Below are positions 10,661 through 23,450 of a stretch of 43,043 nt of DNA, piece by piece. The notes beneath the pieces were generated by a model. That model was given only the letters and a program-made list of their open reading frames with translations, did no database searches and was not told where the DNA came from. This stretch comes from Nemertoderma westbladi (taxonomy: Eukaryota > Animalia > Xenacoelomorpha), in contig JAUCBJ010000115.1 of the NCBI GenBank assembly GCA_032718475.1, forward strand, positions 1-43,043. The letters run 5' to 3'. Numbering within the stretch: the stretch's first letter is position 1; every line of letters begins with the position of its first letter. The position numbers and the translations under genes are program-made.

Positions 10661-12109
10661 TGCGATTTCATTCATTAATTACTAGATACCACTAGATACC
10701 CCTATCTAACTACCTTAACAACACTCTAGATTAGCAGTATTCAGTATTATTGTATTGTATAGATTTATTTCAGATTACATTTTGTATTAGTATTATCTAT
10801 CTGTCCTTTTACTATGTTTCACCACGGTGAACGCCCCTAAAGAACAGGATGGCCGGCTAGACATCGGGCCGCAGCAGTGAACGGGAACATCGGGGAATGT
10901 GAACAGGAGACCGCCCACAATATCTATTCGAGTTATTCGCCCATCGCCTGAAGGTTAGACAGTGTTCGATGCTTCGCTACCTAAGTGTAAGACCTAAGAT
11001 CGACGGTAGGAGTAGCGACACACTGTACGCCAAAAATTTAAATTAAGAACTGTATTGTCCCAATTCTTGGAAAACCAGCAGAACCCCTTCATATTCCTAC
11101 GGGAAGGAGAAAAGGAAAGTTAGACAGAGATACCCGTACGCAGATAGGACACAGGCACACCATTACCCGGCATGTATATTGGTAGGGTGCAGCAAAACTG
11201 TACGCCTAACTCATTGTCAGGTATAGGTGCGTTGGTGGCTTGTCGGCAGTATACGGTGTTTATTGCTTGCGTTGGAACTTGTAGGCCAGGAGAGGGTTGC
11301 TGTGTTTTCTCTGAATTGAGATTATACCATTCAGGCGGTAGGGCAGTTTATTGCTAGGCGAAAATAAATTAAGGCTAATTAGGGATACTAACACCTACCG
11401 TGTCCCCGCCAACGTCCTGATAGGAAGTTACCCAGCCTACCTAGGTGACTAAAATTCCAGATAAGAGCCAGGATAGATATTTGTAACTATACGCCTACAG
11501 TAGTAAACTAACACATTTCTTCTTAGTATTAGGGACCTGGTAGATAAAATTGCCGAATTCTGGGCGTAGCATTAACCCTATACCTGAATTTGAGTCCTGG
11601 AAATACACAAAAGGGGAAGGAGCCTTGTCATTTGTAAGTATTGGACCTACAAGTTACCAAAATATTAGAATATTTGTAAAATAAACGCCGGACCCAGTAA
11701 ATGAGAGTATATGAAGGATAAAACCAATTTTGACCTATGAAATAAAACACACGCGCGTTTAGGAATTATTTACACCTCAAAATATATAAAATAATTTGTT
11801 CGCACTGCTGATTTTCCCGCTAGTTATATTTGTAGCTAGCGCTTTTTCATCATATAAATCACACCGCGCCTTTAGTCCGTCAGTGAGTCAGCCCGATTTT
11901 AGGATTCGCTGCGTGGGATTTTGTTTTATCGAAGTTTGTCCGTTCGTAGACTGTTTTCTGCCTCACCGGTTATAAGAGACCGATACTGCAATAGGTTCGC
12001 TTACTTGGAGTTTACTGTTTTGGTGAGAAGGTCGGATTTATGCTTTGATTCACAGACTCTATAGTATGATATTGCAGGATTCGTGTATTTGTTACTGTCT
12101 CTTCATTTA

Positions 12110-12121
12110 GTAGGAATATGA
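12110..12121 (+). promoter_or_regulatory. Primer-binding-site position; non-tRNA, complementary to LTR 11089-11100
   Basis: GTAGGAATATGA is the exact reverse complement of TCATATTCCTAC; no TGG-start tRNA PBS nearby. Confidence 0.6.
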
Positions 12122-12710
12122 TTTACTGAACTACAGTTCAGTAGAACAAAATTATTTGAAAATTTTGTATTTTGAGGTAAAAATTCGTATTTGATTAGCT
12201 AAGTGCTAATATTTTGAATAAAATTTTGATTTGAAACGCGTGTAAAATTATTTGGAATTGAATACCGGTGTTTAAAAGGGTTTAAATACCATATTGTACC
12301 GGTACAAAATTTTCGTAAAAGTAAAACCAAACTCTTTTGTTTTTCAGGATTCAGAGCTCATTTCTAGGCTGTAACGGGAGCAAGACCGTGTTTAGCAAGT
12401 TTGGGAGATAGATAGCCCAACAACTTTGGTTGGGAAAATCGCACTTCATCCGCAACGCTGGAAACGGAAAGGTTCACGTCCGGTTTGTATCTGGGAATCT
12501 GTTTTTCTGGAGAATTATTAGAGTGGGTGAGTTTGAAAAGTTGCATTAATCAGTTAGGCATTACCGTATTAGTTAAAATTATTGTGGGTTCCACTGTCTC
12601 AAGTATTTATGCATTCCGTACGATTTCTTTGTTTATTGCTGAATTAGTCCGTAATTATTTGTGTTTGATTCGTATTTTGATAACGTATATCATTATCCGA
12701 TTTATTTATT

Positions 12711-12834
12711 ATAAAATTGGCCGTTAGGCTAATTTTATTATATACTTATACCGTGACATTTATTTGCTGTAAAATTGGCCGTTTAGGCTAATTTTATCCA
12801 TTTGCTATAAAATCGGCCGGTAGGCTAATTTTAT
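12711..12834 (+). repeat. Three hairpin-forming repeats in the 5' leader
   Basis: TAAAATYGGCC-N4-5-GGCTAATTTTA at ~12711, 12769, 12807. Confidence 0.75.
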
Positions 12835-12920
12835 ATGACTGTAATTAGTACCGTTTAAATATAAATACGGTAAATTTGATACTTTGACACTCACATTTTA
12901 CTTGACTTACAACTACCGAA

Positions 12921-15900
12921 ATGAGTGACAAACAAGACTATACGAAGAATACACCTACCGACTATGACTCATGTGACGCGGATAAGTCAGTAGCGGAAGA
13001 ACCACAGGGGAAGACTCGCGAGCCTACCGAACCTACACCGTGTGCGTCACCAGTACATCCAACGGGAGTACCGGATGCCGTAGTACGAGGCGACGGCAGG
13101 ACCGAGGACTTTCTAACTGTTCCGCAACCTAGATACAGGGAAACGGACATGGTAAGTCCAGTAGGAAGCCAGGAGAGCGTAGTTAGAAGTGTCGGAGGAT
13201 ACATGGCGCATATTACCAGGAGTATTGGAGAAGGCCAACGCATATTAGACGAGTTGACCACTCCGATGTCTCGGTTTGAGTTCTACACCCTCCAGGTTAG
13301 AGTACAAAGTAGAGTACATAAGTCCGTAGATAACCTTATCAGTCTACAAGATCTAGCTAGACAGAGACAGGACGTGGATACTCAACTTAGAATCCTCGAG
13401 AAACTAATGATCGCTAGAGAGAAACTGATTCAGTTTAAGTCGACGATTAGGCAGATACAACAGGAACAAGCGGACCAGTTGTTAGGTGAGTCAGTTTCGG
13501 ACGAATTATTGCAACCCGAGGAAGAACAGGAACTGTATAGGCTGGATGGACAATTGAAACACCTGACGGATCACTTACGCATGTGCGGAGAGGACGTCGG
13601 AGATTGGGAAACCGTGCCGGAGGCTACGAGGGAAACTTCACTCGCACAAATCGAGCTGGCACCAGGAATACTGGATCAATCGTTAGTAAGTATTCGCAGC
13701 GAGATTAACGAGGTAAGCATGGTAACGTCAGAAATTTCTCGACAGCAACAACAGTTCGACAGACAACAACAAGACATGGAGGAACAAACTCAACTGCTAA
13801 TGATACAAGCAGCAGTAGAGGAAGAGAAACTACGTGTTGCGAATGTTGCGAGAATCTCTCATCTGCAAGAACAAGCTGAGTTGGAAGCAGCCGAAATGGA
13901 AAGGTTAGAGTTGGACATTGCACAACAAGCGGCAGCGGCCGAGTTAGCGCAACGAACAGCAGCGGCCGAGTTAGAGCGACAAGCGGCAGCGGCAGCAGCA
14001 GCGTCCGAGTTAGAGCGACAAAGGTTAGCTTCAGAAGCGAGAACCGAAATGAAAAAACGGCAAATAAAGGCTCAATCAGCTATACGACAAGCGGAGTTCG
14101 AGGCGCAACAACAACAGACGGAACAACGCGAGAAAGAAGCTAAACTTAATTTCGAACTCGAAAGGAAGGCGAGAGAATTAGCCAACGCCAAGGAGGATTT
14201 AGATCTCAAAGCCCGCGATCGATCGATGAAATCTCGAGACGGACACGATCTAGACCGGATAGAGGTAAGGCACCGCCAAATTCAGGAACGGATGAAGGAA
14301 GGAAGCGTAGGAGCACCTGAGACAGAACGGGAATTAGTTAAAGACTTATGTCAACGATTTCCTCAAGTAACTCCAATGTTTGTACCAATTACGAATAAAG
14401 GACCTGTTTCGATTGCGGGTAGTAGTAATATTTCTCCTATCCATGGTGCGACGGAGCACAGGTTTGTTATTCCGGACAAGTTTTTATCGCCAAGAGCAAC
14501 GTCATCGCCTATTCCGAAAGTCAAGGTAAGTAACCCACCGATTACCGATCGTAGTAGTTTATTGACCGGACCTGCACTACTGACGACTAAACAGGTGAGT
14601 CCACCTTCGACACCCAAACCTGTCACGCACTACACTTACCCAATGACGTTTAAACCTACAAGGCCTTTAGATTCAAACGCTGTCACTCGACCACCGGTTC
14701 AGTTTACATCGCAATCTACGACTTCGAGGAAGACTTGTGAGCCTACTGAACAACGGAGACCAGTGGATATGCGACCGTTTAATCAGTTTACATCGCAATC
14801 TACGACTTCGAGGAAGACTTGTGAGCCTACCGAACAACGGAGACCAGTGGATACGCGACCGTTTAATCAGTTTACATCGCAATCTACGACTTCGAGGAAG
14901 ACTTGTGAGCCTACCGAACAACGGAGACCAGTGGATACGCGACCGTTTAATCAGTTTACATCGCAATCTACGACTTCGAGGAAGACTTGTGAGCCTACCG
15001 AACAATGGAGACCAGTGGATATGTGACCGTTTAATCAGTTTACATCGCAATCTACGACTTCGAGGAAGACTTGTGAGCCTACCGAACAACGGAGACCAGT
15101 GGATACGCGACTGTTTAATCAGTTTACATCGCAATCTACGACTTCGAGGAAGACTTGTGAGCCTACCGAACAACGGAGAACAGTGGACGATGTTCCGAAA
15201 CGGAATGTTAGAATTCGAACGACGCAACGGACACGAGCACGTCGGCCACCGTATCCAGGTGACAGTAGTACTTCGAGTGAATCGGATTACCCGGAACGCG
15301 AGGTATTTAGAACAGGAGCGGCCGACGAATATAAACGTGAGCGTTCAGATAACTCCTTTATCGAGAATCCTCTACAAAATACACCAACACAGAAGGCGTT
15401 ACAACCAACGGACGCAATTAGTACGCAACAACTCGCCGAAATAATGCGCCCAGTTGTTAACAAGTTGGCCCAGATAGAGGAACGTTTAGAGGAAACTCAA
15501 ACTGATAGTTCGCGAGGTACCGAGTTCGAACACTCTAGACACCCGAAGCAGCAAAGAAAACAACCCTCGAGAAACACCTCGTATCAAAGAAAAGCGCCAA
15601 GACGAGAGAACATCAACTCGATTGCCAACCAAGGACGCGAAACTTTGAACGTGGCCGAGGAGATAGCGAAATTCGCAGCCAGACAAGGACTACCGGTGCA
15701 ACAACCACCTAAGTTTTCCGGTAACTCTAAACATTGGCACAATTTCGTGGACTACATCGAAACACAAATAGCAGCGTGCGCCTTTTCATCAAGGGAAAAG
15801 TTCAACTACCTGCTACAAACGCTGACGGGAGAACCGAAACGTCTAGCGGAGACCTTTGTCGGTGTACCAGACGCCTTCGAACTAGCGTATAATCGCTTAA

Positions 15901-17366
15901 CTTCGATTTATGGAGGCACCGTAAGCATGGCTAAGTCAGTGATAGAAGAACTCTGTAAGGGGGGGGGGGGGGCTATAACAAAACCCGTTGACTTACTGAA
16001 ATTAGCTGACGAGATTAAGAACGCCATTACTACACTACGCTCGATTGGACAACTTGACTACGCGAACACTCCGACAGTCCTATTGAAAATAATAGGAAGA
16101 TTACACCATCGACTTCGTCGGGAGTGGCGAAAGATAGAATATCAGCGAGAAGAGAGAGGCGGATTCTTGAAGTTGGAAGACGTCTACTTACTGATATCCA
16201 GAGAGGCAGTAGTCGAGACGCGTTCGAACTACAAGGACCAACATATCGTGGCGGAAGGAATAACCTTACCATCCTCAAACAGACAAAAACCACCAATGAC
16301 ATCTACAAAGACGGTTACCTACGCAACATCGACCGACACCCGACAATTTTCGGACGGTAATAGAGTATCCGCGCCCATTGGAACCAAACAGACCCGACAG
16401 CAACTGAGCACAGACTTTAGCGGTTGCCAATACTGCGAGCAGCTAGGCAAGCGACACACCACTCATAAGTTAAGAGGTTGTCGGTTATTTCACGAGTTAA
16501 ACTCGGAAGAACGACGGCTGCAGATACGGCCATTGGACTCTTGTTGGCGGTGTACGCAACACAGACATGTTCGCAAGGACTGCCCAAATACGGACACCTG
16601 TCCTTCCTGTGGACGCAACCACGACGGCTTGCTCCATACAGACAGCCATACGCCGACCAAACGCTTCACTAGGGAACACCCGGAAGCAGCAGCGAAATGT
16701 AATACGGCCTACAAGAATCGTGAATCGAGAACAACTCCAACTTTTGTGACGCATATTCGGGATTGTTTTCCGGAGCAGTCCGGGTCTTCTGACGAAGAAA
16801 CCGAGGACGACGACGCATACTCAGTCGGAGACGAACAACCATCGATCGCGCTTCTGACGACTGACCAACTAAAAGGTTTCAGCGTAATTCCTATTAAGAT
16901 TACTGGCACCAAAGGGAGCAAAAGGATCTACGCTATCCTGGATTCAGCCTCATCTCACAGCTATGTGGATGAGAAGGTAGCTGATGTCGTGACGGATCTC
17001 CGACAAGGTAAGAACGTCAGTTACACAGTAAGTAGTATGCATGGACAACGTGCAATACCAGTGACACGAGTTAAGTTAAACTTAGACACTCTTCTTCCGA
17101 AATCGCAACACAGCGAAAAGGAGAGGTCTTTGTTACCCTTTAAGGATTTGACTTTTGCGGCCACCAAGGACTTTAGTAACCTACTGGGTCCAGTGCCGGA
17201 ACAATCCTTAGAGGACCGTAAGTATTTCAGACACCTTGGTGTACCTGAATGTCCTGTCAATTATCGGTCAGTAGCAATGCTGATCGGGACAGACCAAATT
17301 CAACCTACATCAAGTGTGGGAAACCAGACCATCGGTAGTCGTAGCGGGAAACGCATACGCCTGTAG
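12921..17366 (+). pseudogene. gag: gag plus aspartic protease (premature TGA at 15024-15026, frameshift near 17300)
   Basis: Long coiled-coil N-terminus; PPKFSGNSKHWHNF (DUF1759-like); three Cys/His knuckles (CQYC, CWRC, CPSC); protease AILDSASSHSYV; the two ORFs share a frame. Confidence 0.9.
14700..15188 (+). repeat. 84-bp (28-aa) tandem repeat, about 5.8 copies, inside gag
   Basis: Unit QFTSQSTTSRKTCEPTEQRRPVD(M/T)RPFN; near-identical copies. Confidence 0.95.
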
Positions 17367-20300
17367 AACGCCGATAGGTTGGTTTGCTCGAGCGCCTGTG
17401 CGCACACTAGATATAAGTGACGAAGAGGATGATGTACAAAGTACATGTAGTTTATTAACTACAACTTCGATTCATTCCTTTTCACCTGACATAGACTATA
17501 CTACACTACGTTCGAAAAAACACGACAACGTAACAAGTACGACGTGTGTAGCAAATACGATAAGTCATAGAAAGCAGCCTATCCACAACATTAGTATAGA
17601 GCGTGAGAAGGAGACGAGTCAGGCAGAGGTTCCATTGACAACAGATGATAACGCCGGAAGGCTTGCGAGTCTACCTCAACCAATAACGTTAACGATGCCC
17701 GTCGATGTCGATGTCGACACATTAAAGAATTGTCAAGTGGAACAAGCTGCACTGGACAAAGAATTAACAGAGAAGACTATCAGGTAGTTAGAACAAGATA
17801 CAGCAGAACCCGGTAGTTACGAACCATGTATGTCAGAACAAGAGAAACAATCTTTGAAGATCATGGAAGATACTATCCGCCAGACGAAAGACGGACATTA
17901 TGAGGTAGGGATGTTATGGCGTAACCAGAGTCCTAAACTCATAAATAACTATCCGCTAGCTTTAAGACGTCTAAATTCAATACGACAACGTTTATTGAAG
18001 GACGAGAAAGCCCATCTGCAGTATAATACCCAGATGGAGACGTATTTAACAAAGGGATACGCTATCAGAATGACTAACCCAGAGATTGTGACAGACCAGA
18101 CATACTATTTGCCACATCACTACGTGAGACACCCTGACAAACCTGATAAAGTACGCGTAGTTAATGACTGCGCGGCCCTGTTTGAAGGAATGTCTCTCAA
18201 CAGTGAGTTGATGGACGGACCAAACATGAATAATTATCTCATGGGGGTGATTATGCGCTTCCGTCAACGCCAGGTAGCCTTTACTTGTGACGTCGAAGCT
18301 ATGTTTCACCAAGTGCGAGCGTTAGAGCGAGACAGAGACAGTTTGAGGTTCCTCTGGTACCCGGAAGGAGACTTAAGTCTACCACCGGTGACTTACCAAA
18401 TGCAAGTTTGCGTTTTCGGTGCCAGAGACAGCCCAAATTGTACTATGTACGCCCTAAAGCAGACCGCTAGGGACCAGAAACATATGTATGACCCAGAGGT
18501 AATCCAAATCGTAGAATGAGACTTTTATGTGGACGATGGATTACAAAGTTGTGACACAGTAGAACGTGCTATTACAGTAGCACATCAATTACGGGACTGC
18601 TTAGCGGGCGGAGGTTTTAACCTCACCAAATTCGCCTCAAGCAGTGCCGAATTGGTAGATTCATTCGGAACGACTGAGCGTGGAGGTGGTGACATTGACC
18701 TGGAGTTCGAACCACTACCGACGACAAAGGTGTTGGGGCTCTTTTGGGACCCAAACACGGACAACTTTCGAGTGAAGGTGAGACTGGACACTCAAGGAAA
18801 CACTCTGACAAAGAGATCCTGCTTGTCTAAATTGAGTCGATTGTTCGATCCATTAGGTTTCATCAGCCCAATAATACTGCAAGCCAGAATTTATATGTGC
18901 AGTATTTGGAAAGATGGACTGACATGGGACAAACCGATCTCATCAGAACAAGTGGACTTATGGAAAACCTGGGAGGCACAATTATCTTCGCTAGAGGATT
19001 ATTCCATACCCCGAGTGTACTTTCCATTACAAACGACATTTCCTGATAACTTAGAATTACATTGTTTTTCCGACGCCAGCGACAACGGCTTTGGTGTGAC
19101 AGCGTATTTGCGCAGACAAGTAGATTCAGACGAGTTTGATGTTTCGCTCATTACTTCTAAGGCTAAGACCATACTACAAGCTACTACAAGCCGCAACTCT
19201 GTCAACTACCATTGTAAACCTTATACAGACAGAATTACAGTCAAGTTTACAGATATTTTATTGGACTGACGCGACGTTAGTTTTGTTTTATATAAACAAC
19301 GACACACTTGAATTCAAGACATTTGTGGCTAACCGTCGTGCGGAAATCTTGGACCGTTCAATAAAGGAAGATTGGCGACATTGTCCCGGACCACAAAATC
19401 CAGCTGATATTGCGTCGCGAGGAATGATGCCTGAGGAATTCTGTAAACCGGAGAACAAAGAATTTTGGCAACACGGACCACAATTCTTGCAAAGATCAGT
19501 ACAACATTGGCCACCACTTTACGACAACAAGTCTAACACTATCCCTAAAGACGCCGAAATTAAAAAACCAAAGAAAGGGAAAGCAAAGAAAAGGACGGCG
19601 GCTAAACTCAAGAAAAAACCAAAGGCGAAATGGAAAGATATAACTTCAAAAGTCAAGAACGGAAGACTTGCGAGCCTTTCTACGCCAGACGGTCAACCAG
19701 ACGCGTTACTAGACGGTCAACCAGACATTTTGCCAGACATAACACAAAATGTTCTACCAGACACTAGTAACATATTGACAAATAGTAAAGCCGCAGTTTC
19801 TCTATTGGAGCGGCCTTCTATTGACAAACAACCAGACGCATTACTAGACAGTCAACCGGACGTTTTGCCAGACATGTCACAAAGTGTTCTACCAGACATG
19901 TCACAAAATGTTCTAGCAGACATTAGTAATGTATTGACTAACAGTAAAGCCGCAGTTTCCCTATTGGAGCGGCCTTGTATTGACAAACTACCAAACTTAA
20001 CACTCTTGAGTAACCATAAGCACAGTGAAACCTCATGTATTACAGATGTGGGTAGTACCTACGCAAATGTAAATACAGGTGTTACTTTACGCTCAAGAGA
20101 CATACCAAACTTGCAACCTACGGTGATACCTGGGATAAATATCGGCAGAAAAATAAGTTTACCGAAACCCAGTGATCCCATAGAGTTAAAACCACCATTA
20201 GGGATCGACACACAAAGTACCGACAATCAAGGTAAGAAGACAAAGAAGGACAAATTACTTGTAGACCCGGACGGATCAACAGTCAACAAGGGAATACCTA

Positions 20301-21892
20301 CCGGCGGACCCGTGGGCCCTTCTAGTAAATCAAAACCTTCCAAATTCTCCATTGACTTACCTGATGACGTCACAAATACTTACGTCGACCGTATTGTAAA
20401 CCTAACAGATTCTTGGACAAACGCTTGCCGAAAATTAGCGTGGATTGTACGTTTTGTACAATACATTAAAGGCAAACGCGACTTTACACGTCGACTTACA
20501 TTGACTGAGATTGACAGGTGTGAAATTAAATTAATTCGCCATTACCAACTGCGATATTTCGCACGCGAATTCACATCTATAAATCAAGGTCAACCAATCA
20601 AGTCGTCACCAATATTGAGTTGGAGTCCGATAATTTATAATGGCTTAATTTGTCATAAATCTCGGCTTCAAAACATTGACTTTAACACAAACTTTAGGTA
20701 CCCAATAATAATACCGCAGCATCACGAATTACAACGTGCAATGATACTGGACGCACATTTACATCTAAAACACGCTGGAAGACACCACTGTCTTTCATAC
20801 TTACGTACTAGATTTGTATTAATTAGACCCAGTAAAGCATTAAGTTCAGTGACGCGTACGTGTATTATTTGTAAAAAGGTACACTCTAGAATAGGTACCC
20901 AAGAAATGAGTGAACTTCCACAAGCACGACTTCAAGCATTCAGACCACCTTTTACAGAGACTGGAATTGACTGCTTTGGTCCCATACTTACGAAACGTGG
21001 ACGTATACTAGTAAAACGCTGGGGACTGATTTTCACTTGTATGTCCAGTAGGGCAGTTCATATTGAACGTGTGATGGATCTTTCCACCAACGCGTTTATA
21101 CTAGCATTGCGGCGATTTATCGCTAGACGCGGACTAGTGAAATGCTTGTACTCAGACCAAGGTACAAACTTTGTTGGTGCTCGAAATGAAATTGCTAGAG
21201 CCTTTAAGAAATTAGATCATGATCAAATCTCAAACGAACTACGTCCTTACAAGATTGTTTGGAAGTTTAATCCTCCAGATAGTCCATGGAGAGGCGGAGT
21301 CTGGGAGAGATTGATTAGATCTATAAAAACGGCAATGGCAAAGGTAATTCCAGTAAACCACATCTTGACAGACGACCAACTGACCACATTGTTTGTTGAA
21401 ATCGAGGCAATACTAAATACTAGACCAATAGTATTAGTACCCGATGACAAACAATCCCAGTTTGCTTTAACACCGGCACACCTGCTTATGCAGGCACCGA
21501 CTACTTTGACGCCTATTTCTTTTCCAATGGAAGGCGATAGCTACGGTAGAAAAGCGTGGAAAATCACGCAACTACTGGCTAACAAATTCTGGGAAATATG
21601 GCAAAACCATTATTTGCCCTCTATTTCTGCCAGAACAAATTGGTACAACAATACTCGCGCTTTAAAGCCGGGAGATCACGTGCTGTTAGCGGAAGTGAAT
21701 CTAAAAAGACGCTTCTGGATAACAGGTGTAATTTTAGCCACACATCCATCTATGGATGGAGTGACAAGAACCGTGACGGTACGGACAATTGACGGTCGTA
21801 CAGTTGACAGAGTGACTCAACGTCTCGTACTTCTAGAAGAGACTCGAAACGAGTCTGGAGACTACAAATCTCCAACTAATGTTAGTAAATAA
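17314..21892 (+). pseudogene. pol: pol: reverse transcriptase, RNase H, integrase (stops at 17785 and 18517, frameshift near 19170)
   Basis: YLPHH, KVRVVND, DVEAMFHQV, FYVDD, LHCFSDAS, WTD, NPADIASRG, HAG..CIIC, GIDCFGP, SDQGTNF, GGVWERLI, DUF5641-like tail. Confidence 0.95.
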
Positions 21893-22490
21893 TTAGGAGT
21901 TTACAAATAGATTTCCACGTACCTGTACACTGTAGTAAAGACAGCGGTAGAATTCCATTGTCTTTATATGTGAACATTGAGGGTAGTACCCTTATGTGTC
22001 ACATAGGAGCGGGATTTGTAGGTATAAGAAATGGAATTCTACTTGGAACTCACAATATTGAGACATTTTCGAAATTTTAGACAATCCATTTGGATTTGAA
22101 AAATTTTTAAAATTTTCTCCAGTGAATAGATTTCAGGGTACAGTCGGGTGGAACTTAAAATTAGAGAAACAAGAAGGGAAGACTTGCGAGCCTTTCTTAA
22201 AATTTAATTAAATTTTACACGGTCTTGTTTCAATAAGTTGCGTCAATAAATAGACTTCCCTATATTTATTACTAATTCTTGACTGCTTATTTTCTGATAA
22301 TAGTTTGGGATCAAAAAGTGAGTATTTTAGACTCACAGCCAGTTTAGCCCAAAATCGTTTTTATTTCGGCAAAAAATTTAAATAAGAAACAGTGTGTCAC
22401 TAAAGAAACCTTAGATCTTAGGCTATGGGTAGGAGGTTAGAGCGCTGTCGAGCCCAAAGGGCAGACGAAAACTCTCACGTCTCCTCACAA

Positions 22491-22521
22491 CTAACTATAA
22501 ACTCTGTTGTATTCCCTCTAG
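22491..22521 (+). promoter_or_regulatory. Candidate splice acceptor upstream of ORF3
   Basis: CTAAC branch-like motif, pyrimidine tract, TAG ending at 22521, 33 nt before ATG 22554. Confidence 0.45.
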
Positions 22522-22553
22522 TAGCAATGATTATGTAACCATTACTTCCAATA

Positions 22554-23450
22554 ATGGAGAAGGGGATACATGGAGAGCCGAGATGGGGATATGATATCCA
22601 AGAGGAAGCAGCAGCTCCATTCGAGAGATTTGGAGCTAAAGACTACACTATATTTGGTATAAAGGAATTATCAGAAAGTACAGCGAAACTCGCGAGAACG
22701 AAATATAACTCGAACGTATTAAAGAGGAGGCAAAATGCGTTAAATGAAAGAATCGAAAGTTTACGCAAAACCTTCAACGAACTTTACCCGTACGACGCTT
22801 TGTGTGATACGGGAGATATTAGCGAAGACCCCGATACCGAAATAAGTCGTTTGTATCATACCATGCAATACCTGAAGGCGCATGAACCTATGCCTGCGGT
22901 ACGCGATGAATTCGATGGAATGCATCTTTACAGACGAACACGAGGGGACGATAGAGAAACGAAGGAAGCATTTTCAGTTTATAAACTTTATTATCAATGT
23001 GGTGCTTGTATGCGCGAACAACGAAATGCGATTCCGATGCGTTTGAATAAGGAAAATCCCGAACCGATATTGGCGAGGTGTTCGAACCACCAACAACTAC
23101 GCTACCAGGAAGGAGGGTATCTTTTATCAAATCCATATCATTCATTTGCTATGACTGGACCAAAGGCGGGAGAAATTGTCGTTTGCCCACCTAAGGTTGT
23201 TGAACCCGATGCATTTGAACTTACGCTGGACGAGGCGAATCAGTCAACCCGCGAAAAGAAAGAAGCTCTTAGCCTATACAGAGCCTATAAGGCTTTCGAG
23301 AAAGGTGAGATGGAAGAATGGGGCAGAAGACTCGCGAGCCTACCTTACCATTGGACGTCACACGATCAAACTTCAGCTAAGGAGATGACACCGGAAATTT
23401 TCGAAAGTATAAACTTTGCCCAAAATGTTCAATTGTATCACATATGGTGA
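22554..23450 (+). CDS. Accessory ORF3a of the retrotransposon; unknown protein with bHLH-like and CxxC..CxxH patterns
   Basis: 298-aa ATG-initiated ORF between pol and the 3' LTR; no signal peptide or TM helix visible. Confidence 0.7.
   Translation: MEKGIHGEPRWGYDIQEEAAAPFERFGAKDYTIFGIKELSESTAKLARTKYNSNVLKRRQNALNERIESLRKTFNELYPYDALCDTGDISEDPDTEISRLYHTMQYLKAHEPMPAVRDEFDGMHLYRRTRGDDRETKEAFSVYKLYYQCGACMREQRNAIPMRLNKENPEPILARCSNHQQLRYQEGGYLLSNPYHSFAMTGPKAGEIVVCPPKVVEPDAFELTLDEANQSTREKKEALSLYRAYKAFEKGEMEEWGRRLASLPYHWTSHDQTSAKEMTPEIFESINFAQNVQLYHIW

Larger units (their letters stand above)
10246..12109 (+). repeat. 5' LTR (1864 bp)
   Basis: Direct repeat of 24771-26674; about 20 substitutions and 3 indels by manual comparison. 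Confidence 0.95.

Noticed and set aside
11172-11357. 61-aa ORF duplicated at 25720-25905
   Set aside because: Duplication simply reflects the LTRs; no recognisable motif, though not formally excluded.
14700-15188. CRISPR-like regular array
   Set aside because: Whole units repeat with no unique spacers; it is in-frame coding sequence in a eukaryotic context with no cas genes.
14673-15444. Alternative-frame ORFs of 184 and 235 aa
   Set aside because: By-products of the stop-free 84-bp repeat.
15024-19200. Programmed readthrough or frameshifts in gag-pol
   Set aside because: Breaks fall within conserved domains or at a CpG-type change in a repeat; their number fits ordinary decay given ~1% LTR divergence.
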